DNA of 32,619 nucleotides from Flavobacteriales bacterium (GTDB lineage: Bacteria; Bacteroidota; Bacteroidia; Flavobacteriales_F; PHOS-HE28), in contig JAVFAQ010000002.1 of NCBI GenBank assembly GCA_034002325.1, forward strand, positions 1 to 32,619, given 5' to 3'. A model generated the notes under the pieces. It searched no databases, was not told the origin of the DNA, and saw only the letters and a list, made by a program, of their open reading frames with translations. Positions 27,387 through 32,619 of this stretch are shown in pieces; positions within the stretch are counted from its first letter, which is position 1, and each line of letters opens with the position of its first letter. Made by a program: the position numbers and the translations under genes.

Positions 27387-29285
27387 TCACGCCGACTTCT
27401 CGCTCAGCTCCAGCCACCGGTCGGTCATGCGGTCCACCTGGCGCACCACCTCCTCCAGCTCCAGCGAGCGCCGGGCGATCTCCTCGTGGCCCACACCGGC
27501 CTCCATCAACGATGCGTTGAGCTGCTCCTTGCGCTCTTCCAGCACGGGCAGTTCCAGGTCGATGCGTTCCAGCTCACGCGCCTCGGCCCAGGTGAGCTTG
27601 CGCGCCTTGGGCTTGGTCCCCCCGGCGGGCGCGGCGGGGGCGTCCGCCCGTGCCGCAGGCGGGGGGGCGGCCTCCTGGCGGGCCGCGGTGCGGCGGCGGC
27701 GGTGCAGGTCGGTGTAGCTGCCCACCCATTCCTTGATCACGCCTTCACCTTCGAAATAGAGCAGCTTGTTGCACACCTTGTCCACGAAGAAGCGGTCGTG
27801 GCTCACGATCAGCAGCACGGCATCGAGCTCGGTGAGGAAATCCTCCAAGGCGTTGAGCGTGGGAATGTCCAGGTCGTTGGTGGGCTCGTCCAGCACCAGC
27901 AGGTTGGGGTTGCGCATGAGCACCGTGCACAGGTACAGGCGCCGGCGCTCACCGCCGCTGAGGGTGCTCACGTACTGGTACTGCTGGTCCTTGTCGAAGA
28001 GGAAGCGCTCCAACAGCTGCGATGCGCTGAGGGTGCGGCCCTTGTTCAGGGGGATCGTCTCGGCGATGTCGCGCACCACTTCGATGATCCGCTTGTCCTC
28101 CTCCACCTGCAGGCCGCGCTGGTCGAAGATCCCCAGCACCACGGTGTCGCCGATGGTGACCTTGCCCATGTCCGGCGCGGTGCGCTTGGTTAGCAGGTCC
28201 AGGAAGGTGCTCTTGCCGATGCCGTTGGGGCCCACGATGCCCACGCGATCGCCCTTCTTGAACGAGTAGTTGAAGTGCTGCACGATGGGCTTGTACCGGT
28301 CGCCGTCAGCGGGCGTGCCGAAGGCCTTGGTGAGGTTGCGCGCCTCGATCACCTTGCCCCCGATCCGGTCGGTCTTCACCTCCAGCCGCACGTCGTCGCG
28401 GTCGTACCGCTTGGTGGCCTCGGCCTTGATGTCCTCGAACTTGTCCAGCCGGCTCTTGCTCTTGGTGCCTCGGGCGCGCGGCATGCGGCGCACCCATTCC
28501 AGCTCGCGGCGCATGAGCCCGCGCAGGTGCTGCTGGGTGGCCTCGCGCACCTCGTCCATCATGGCCTTGCGCTCCACGTAAGCGCTGTAGTTGCCCTTGT
28601 ACCGGGTGAGCACGCCATGCTCCAGCTCGATGATGCCGTCGCACACGGCATCGAGGAAGTAGCGGTCGTGGGTCACCAGCAGCAAGGTGGTCTGGGGTGC
28701 GGCGAGCTCCTCCTCCAGCTGCTCGATCATGGGCATGTCGAGGTGGTTGGTGGGTTCGTCCAGGATCAGCAGGTCGGGCATGTCGATGAGCACCTTGGCC
28801 ATGGCCAGGCGCTTTTGCTGGCCGCCGCTGAGGGTGCCCACGGCCTGCTCCATGTCGCGCAGCCCGAAGCGGTGCAGCAGGCTCTTCACCCGCGCCTCGT
28901 AGCTCCACGCGCCCAGCTCCTCCATGCGCGCCAGGGCCTGTTGCAGCACCCGGCCATCGGTGCCCGGGGCCAGGGCGTGCTCGTACGCGCGTACGGCATT
29001 GGTGAGCGGGTCGTCCTTGTCCAGCATCTCGTCCACGATGCTGTGCGTGCCGGCCATGGCCACGTTCTGGTCCAGGTAGCCCACGCGGATGCCCTTGTTG
29101 AAGGCCACGGTGCCGGAATCGGGCTGCTCGATGCCCGCGATGCACTTCAGCAAGGTGCTCTTGCCCGAACCGTTGCGCGCCACGATGGCCGTCTTCCCGC
29201 CCTTCTCCAACCCGAACGAGATGTCCTCGAACAACAGGCGGGGGCCATAGCGCTTGGCGAGCTTTTCGACCGAGAGCAGGTTCAT
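27387..29285 (-). CDS. ABC-F family ATPase (Uup/YbiT-like), two ABC domains plus C-terminal coiled coil
   Basis: Two Walker A motifs (ARNGSGKST, GPNGIGKST), two signatures (LSGGQQKRL, LSGGERRRL), Walker B motifs LLILDEPTNHLD and LLVLDEPTNDLD, no TM domain, and a charged helical tail. Start at MNLLSVEKL (29285). The ORF-track extension to 29966 is antisense to the CDGSH gene. Confidence 0.92.
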   Translation of the reverse strand: MNLLSVEKLAKRYGPRLLFEDISFGLEKGGKTAIVARNGSGKSTLLKCIAGIEQPDSGTVAFNKGIRVGYLDQNVAMAGTHSIVDEMLDKDDPLTNAVRAYEHALAPGTDGRVLQQALARMEELGAWSYEARVKSLLHRFGLRDMEQAVGTLSGGQQKRLAMAKVLIDMPDLLILDEPTNHLDMPMIEQLEEELAAPQTTLLLVTHDRYFLDAVCDGIIELEHGVLTRYKGNYSAYVERKAMMDEVREATQQHLRGLMRRELEWVRRMPRARGTKSKSRLDKFEDIKAEATKRYDRDDVRLEVKTDRIGGKVIEARNLTKAFGTPADGDRYKPIVQHFNYSFKKGDRVGIVGPNGIGKSTFLDLLTKRTAPDMGKVTIGDTVVLGIFDQRGLQVEEDKRIIEVVRDIAETIPLNKGRTLSASQLLERFLFDKDQQYQYVSTLSGGERRRLYLCTVLMRNPNLLVLDEPTNDLDIPTLNALEDFLTELDAVLLIVSHDRFFVDKVCNKLLYFEGEGVIKEWVGSYTDLHRRRRTAARQEAAPPPAARADAPAAPAGGTKPKARKLTWAEARELERIDLELPVLEERKEQLNASLMEAGVGHEEIARRSLELEEVVRQVDRMTDRWLELSEKSA

Positions 29286-29325
29286 TTCGGCGGGGCGGCG
29301 GGCGATCGGGCCCGCGCATGGGCCG

Positions 29326-29333
29326 CGAAGGTA
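29326..29333 (-). promoter_or_regulatory. Candidate -7 box TACCTTCG, 40 nt upstream of the ABC-F ATG
   Basis: The minus strand reads TACCTTCG in the 108-nt divergent spacer. One mismatch to TAnnTTTG. Confidence 0.3.
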
Positions 29334-29365
29334 CCGGTAGCTGCACGCGTGCATGCCCCGGCGGT

Positions 29366-29373
29366 TATCTTGG
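29366..29373 (+). promoter_or_regulatory. Candidate -7 box TATCTTGG, 20 nt upstream of the CDGSH-fusion ATG
   Basis: One mismatch to TAnnTTTG, in the divergent spacer. Confidence 0.3.
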
Positions 29374-29393
29374 TCGTCCATCCCGCAACGGCC

Positions 29394-29822
29394 ATGAGCA
29401 AGGAGCACACCTATTCCAACGGCGAGGTCACCATCATCTGGAAGCCGCACCTGTGCATCCACAGTACCAAGTGCTGGAAGGGCCTGCCCGCGGTCTTCCG
29501 GCCGGCGGAACGCCCTTGGGTGGAGCCCGGGGGCGCCACCACCGAGGCGATCGTGGCGCAGGTGCGCGAATGCCCCAGCGGTGCGCTCACCCACCGCATG
29601 GAGCGGCCTGCGCCACCGGCACCGGAGGTGGCCGCGGAGGCCGCACCCGTGGTGGAGGTGGCGCAGAACGGTCCGTTGTTGCTGCGCTCGGACTGCACGG
29701 TGCGCCTGCCCGACGGCACGTTGGAGCGGCGCACGGGCGTGACCGCGCTGTGCCGGTGCGGCCATTCGGCGAGGAAGCCGTATTGCGACGGCAGCCACCG
29801 CAAAGTGGGCTTCGTGGGCTGA
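29394..29822 (+). CDS. Fusion of a divergent mono-cluster ferredoxin-like domain with a CDGSH iron-sulfur domain
   Basis: The N-terminal EVTIIWKPHLCIHSTKCWKGLP...ECPSGAL resembles the 'divergent 4Fe-4S mono-cluster' small-protein family. The C-terminal CRCGHSARKPYCDGSH is the CDGSH [2Fe-2S] signature. Confidence 0.82.
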   Translation: MSKEHTYSNGEVTIIWKPHLCIHSTKCWKGLPAVFRPAERPWVEPGGATTEAIVAQVRECPSGALTHRMERPAPPAPEVAAEAAPVVEVAQNGPLLLRSDCTVRLPDGTLERRTGVTALCRCGHSARKPYCDGSHRKVGFVG

Positions 29823-29984
29823 GCCGGCGCCGCTCCCCAGCCGGTGGGCCCTGATCTTCGCCGCCATGAGCCGTACCGTCACCGCACCGCGCACGCGGAA
29901 GGCCAAGGTGGCACTGGCATCACCCTTCCATTCACCAGCCGTGCGCTTTTCCGCCCGTTCCGACAATGAACCGACCTGACCCTG

Positions 29985-30032
29985 TTGTTTATGTCACAAA
30001 AGACCTAATTTTGGTTTTTCCTGACATAAATG
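29985..30032 (+). promoter_or_regulatory. abiE promoter with flanking inverted-repeat operator
   Basis: TTG at 29985-29987, an 18-nt spacer, then TAATTTTG at 30006-30013 (exact TAnnTTTG). There is a perfect 9-bp inverted repeat, TTTATGTCA (29988-29996) / TGACATAAA (30022-30030). It extends to 12 matches out of 14 positions. The right arm overlaps the abiEi ATG (30030). This is the locally most AT-rich segment. Confidence 0.55.
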
Positions 30033-30641
30033 AACATCCGGGAATTCGCACAAGCCTTCGGCGACCGGCCCTGTTTCACGGGGCGTGATGCGGTGCTGCG
30101 TTTCCCGGCGATGGACCGGCGCCAACTGCCGCGCTGGCGGGCCGGCGGCTGGATGAAGTTGCTCCGGAAACCATACTACCGCCTGGCCTCCCGCCCCTGG
30201 ACCACCCATGAGCGCTGGGCCGTGGCCAATGCCATCTATCGCCCCTCGTACATCTCGCTGGAAAGTGCGCTGGGCCATCACGGTTTCATACCCGAGGGGG
30301 TCTTCCACATCACATGCGTCACCACGCGGCACACGCGCAGCTTCGAGGTGGACGGCATGCGGCACTTCTACCGCAATGTGCTGCCCTCCTGGTTCTTCGG
30401 CTATACGGTCCTGGAAGCGGATGGCGCGGCCGTGCGCATGGCCGGCCCGGAGAAGGCGCTGCTGGACGTGCTGCACTTCGGCCCCGACTTGCGCGGGCCG
30501 GACGACTTCGAGGCGATGCGTTTCGACCGCACCGGCATACGCCAGGCGATCGACCAACAGGTGTGGGACGATCAACTTTCGCTTTCCACCAACCAGGCGC
30601 TGCACCGCCGTGCGCGCGCCTTCCAACGCTGGCTACGATGA
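30030..30641 (+). CDS. abiEi: Type IV toxin-antitoxin system antitoxin, AbiEi family
   Basis: A ~200-aa protein with an N-terminal wHTH-like segment and the central YISLESALGHHGFIPE motif typical of AbiEi-family proteins. It overlaps an AbiEii-type nucleotidyltransferase gene by 4 nt. Confidence 0.78.
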   Translation: MNIREFAQAFGDRPCFTGRDAVLRFPAMDRRQLPRWRAGGWMKLLRKPYYRLASRPWTTHERWAVANAIYRPSYISLESALGHHGFIPEGVFHITCVTTRHTRSFEVDGMRHFYRNVLPSWFFGYTVLEADGAAVRMAGPEKALLDVLHFGPDLRGPDDFEAMRFDRTGIRQAIDQQVWDDQLSLSTNQALHRRARAFQRWLR

Positions 30642-31423
30642 TCACCCTCGCCGAGATCAAGAAGCCCTATCCCGAGGCACTGCACGTACACGAGGGCTTC
30701 CTGCTGCGCGAATACCTGCAGTACCGCATCCTGGGGATCATCTACACCTCGCCCTACGCGGAGAAGCTGGTCTTCCTGGGCGGCACCTGCCTGCGCATCG
30801 TACATGGCAACCGGCGCTTCAGCGAGGACCTGGACTTCGACAACATGGGGCTGACCAAGGATGAATTCGCGCAGGTGGGCGAACTGGTGAGGCGCGAGCT
30901 GGAACTTGAGGGCTACACGGTGACGACCGAGATGGCGGGTTCCGCGGCCTTCCGCTGCCGGGTACGGCTGCCGGGCCTGCTGTTCCGGCACGGGCTTACC
31001 GGCCACAAGGAGCAGAGCATCCTGATCCAGTTGGACAGCGATCCGCAGCACTATGACTACACGCCCGAGCCGTGGTTCCTGACGCGGTGGGACGTGCGGC
31101 AGGACATCCGCTGCTGTCCGCTGCCGTTGCTGCTGGCGCAGAAGTGCCACGCCATCATGGACCGCAAGCGCGCCAAGGGCAGGGACTTCTTCGATGTGTC
31201 CTTCCTGCTGGGCCTGAACGTGGGGCCGGACATGGGATACGTGCGCCGGAAGTCGGGCTTGGACAGCAGGGAGGCGCTGGCCCAAGCACTGCTGGACCGT
31301 TGCGCCCAACTGGACCTTGAAGCGTTGGCCTCCGACGTGGAGAAATTCCTTTTCGATGCCAACGGACGGCTGGGGGTGACGCGCTTCCCGCAGTTGATCC
31401 GCCAACACTGGACGCGACCATGA
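30638..31423 (+). CDS. abiEii: Nucleotidyltransferase toxin, AbiEii/AbiGii family
   Basis: Pol-beta-type NTase motif FLGGTCLRIVHGNRRFSEDLDFD (hGG...D-x-D) and the downstream KxxAxxxRxxxRDxxD-like LLAQKCHAIMDRKRAKGRDFFDV. ATGA overlap with abiEi. Confidence 0.85.
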   Translation: MITLAEIKKPYPEALHVHEGFLLREYLQYRILGIIYTSPYAEKLVFLGGTCLRIVHGNRRFSEDLDFDNMGLTKDEFAQVGELVRRELELEGYTVTTEMAGSAAFRCRVRLPGLLFRHGLTGHKEQSILIQLDSDPQHYDYTPEPWFLTRWDVRQDIRCCPLPLLLAQKCHAIMDRKRAKGRDFFDVSFLLGLNVGPDMGYVRRKSGLDSREALAQALLDRCAQLDLEALASDVEKFLFDANGRLGVTRFPQLIRQHWTRP

Positions 31424-32085
31424 CCAAGCCCACCGCCGCCGACCGGCCAGCGAGCAAGAACGAGAAGGCCGCCTTCGCCGCCGAGGTGCTGGCCCGCCTC
31501 TACCCCCGCCCCGCCATCCCGCTGGACCACAAGGACCCGTACACCCTGCTGGTGGCCGTGCTGCTCAGCGCGCAATGCACGGACAAGAAGGTGAACGAGA
31601 TCACCCCGCTGCTCTTCGCCCGCGCCGACACCCCGCAGGCCATGGTGGGCCTCACGGTGGATGAGATCCGCGCGATCATCCGCCCGTGCGGCCTCTCACC
31701 GGCCAAGAGCAAGGCGATCCACGGGCTGAGCCGGATCCTGCTGGACCAGCACGATGGCGAGGTGCCGCGCACCCTCGAAGCGCTGGAGGCCCTGCCCGGC
31801 GTGGGCCACAAGACCGCCAGCGTGGTGATGGTGCAGGCCTTCGGCGTGCCGGCCTTTCCGGTGGACACGCACATACACCGGCTGGCCTGGCGCTGGACGC
31901 TGAGCACCGGCCACAGCGTGGAGCGCACCGAGGCCGACCTGAAGAAGCTCTTCCCCATGGACCAGTGGGCCGACCTGCACCTGCGGATCATCCACTTCGG
32001 GCGGGCGCACTGCCCGGCCAAGGGCCACGATCCGCGGAAGTGCCCCATTTGCAGCGTCATCGGGCGCAAGTCGATGTTCGGTTGA
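31420..32085 (+). CDS. nth: Endonuclease III (HhH-GPD DNA glycosylase/AP lyase)
   Basis: LLVAVLLSAQCTDKKVN, the HhH-GPD loop LPGVGHKTASVV (catalytic Lys), and VDTHIHR (catalytic Asp). C-terminal Cys cluster CPAKGHDPRKCPIC. The ATG overlaps the abiEii stop (ATGA, 31420-31423). Confidence 0.9.
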   Translation: MTKPTAADRPASKNEKAAFAAEVLARLYPRPAIPLDHKDPYTLLVAVLLSAQCTDKKVNEITPLLFARADTPQAMVGLTVDEIRAIIRPCGLSPAKSKAIHGLSRILLDQHDGEVPRTLEALEALPGVGHKTASVVMVQAFGVPAFPVDTHIHRLAWRWTLSTGHSVERTEADLKKLFPMDQWADLHLRIIHFGRAHCPAKGHDPRKCPICSVIGRKSMFG

Positions 32086-32101
32086 GCCTTCGGCACCGGT
32101 G

Positions 32102-32109
32102 TACCTTGG
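32102..32109 (+). promoter_or_regulatory. Candidate -7 box TACCTTGG, 6 nt upstream of ATG 32116
   Basis: TACCTTGG-ggtacc-ATG. One mismatch to TAnnTTTG. It also forms part of a GGTACC...GGTACC 6-bp hairpin after nth. Confidence 0.3.
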
Positions 32110-32115
32110 GGTACC

Positions 32116-32553
32116 ATGCGCGCGCCGCCCATCATGCTGGTCCTGCTCGTCGCCTGCAAGGCCCTGGTGCCGGAGGGGGCGGTGGACACGCAGGAATACG
32201 TCTTCGTGCTGCACGACGGGCGGTCGTTCATGCGCGTGCTGCCGGCGGACCGGGTCCCGCGCTACCAGGGCGAACGGATGCGGATCGATGCGCGGCACCG
32301 GGTACCGGGGCAGGACGTGGTGCTGGTGCATCCGCACTTCCCCATCGACCCGCACGGCCTGGAGATGGTGCGCGTGCTGCGCCACGGGCCCACGCGCGGG
32401 GCCGCCAGCCACTACCTGTGGCTGCCCCCGGGCCACGGCCTCACGGTGGGCGATCCCGCCCGCACCGACCTGGAGCACGTGGGGCCGCACACCTGGATCC
32501 GCCCCGGCGCGTTCCGCACCGCCTTCCACCGGCCGTCGGGACCGGCGCGGTGA
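32116..32553 (+). CDS. Hypothetical lipoprotein
   Basis: Signal peptide with lipobox MRAPPIMLVLLVAC. No recognisable family. Coding status rests on ORF length, position and the lipobox only. Confidence 0.5.
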   Translation: MRAPPIMLVLLVACKALVPEGAVDTQEYVFVLHDGRSFMRVLPADRVPRYQGERMRIDARHRVPGQDVVLVHPHFPIDPHGLEMVRVLRHGPTRGAASHYLWLPPGHGLTVGDPARTDLEHVGPHTWIRPGAFRTAFHRPSGPAR

Positions 32554-32574
32554 GGGCGAGCTTTGCGGCCACCC

Positions 32575-32619
32575 ATGGGCGCCTTCGGCTACTACATCGC
32601 GCTGCCGGTCTTCTACGCC
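32575..32619 (+). CDS. 5' end of an unidentified gene, truncated by the window edge (possibly a membrane-associated acyltransferase)
   Basis: ATG at 32575 opens MGAFGYYIALPVFYA, running to the window edge. The hydrophobic N-terminus is reminiscent of lipid A/lysophospholipid acyltransferase starts. This is very tentative. Confidence 0.25.
   Translation, partial: MGAFGYYIALPVFYA

Noticed and set aside
29866-29979. A 37-aa ORF (MSRTVTAPRTRKAKVALASPFHSPAVRFSARSDNEPT) between the CDGSH gene and abiEi.
   Set aside because: There is no promoter box, no recognisable motif and the composition is typical of random high-GC sequence. It is more likely untranslated spacer.

Overview
This window looks like a high-GC (about 65-70 %) Bacteroidota chromosome. 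The evidence is T9SS type A and type B C-terminal sorting domains, a PorP/SprF gene, a Bacteroidota-type LptD, TAnnTTTG-type -7 promoter boxes and no Shine-Dalgarno sequences. I support 25 complete or partial protein genes. I saw no rRNA, tRNA, CRISPR array, transposase or integrase.

Gene content, left to right:
- 3' end of rpsP, followed by a strong terminator.
- An accessory-looking trio of translationally coupled lipoproteins: an MbnP-like protein and two MauG/MbnH-like di-haem cytochrome c peroxidases. A convergent lipoamide-dehydrogenase-fold flavoprotein follows; it lacks both redox-active cysteines.
- A lower-GC islet carrying an orphan T9SS type A cargo protein.
- A 1511-aa protein with 16 PKD-like repeats and a T9SS type B domain, then a TPR/PD40 protein with no OmpA domain, then a PorP/SprF gene.
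- A minus-strand envelope block (lptD, dapD, CNNM-family protein, GT9) lying divergent from an amidase-SPOR gene, an orphan MlaD/MCE gene and a split membrane HdrD/DsrMK-like Fe-S pair.
- guaB, a small conserved protein, a GT14 (Core-2/I-branching type) glycosyltransferase, an ABC-F ATPase and a CDGSH fusion protein.
- An AbiEi/AbiEii type IV toxin-antitoxin pair with a clear promoter and inverted-repeat operator. Its toxin gene overlaps the nth start by 4 nt.
- A lipoprotein of unknown function and the first 15 codons of another gene.

The leads I rank highest are the MbnP/2xMbnH-like lipoprotein module, the MlaD-Fe-S coupling, the recurrent -7 boxes 3-6 nt from ATG codons (which suggest leaderless mRNAs), and the AbiE operator architecture. 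All family assignments come from motif recognition by eye. No database search was run.
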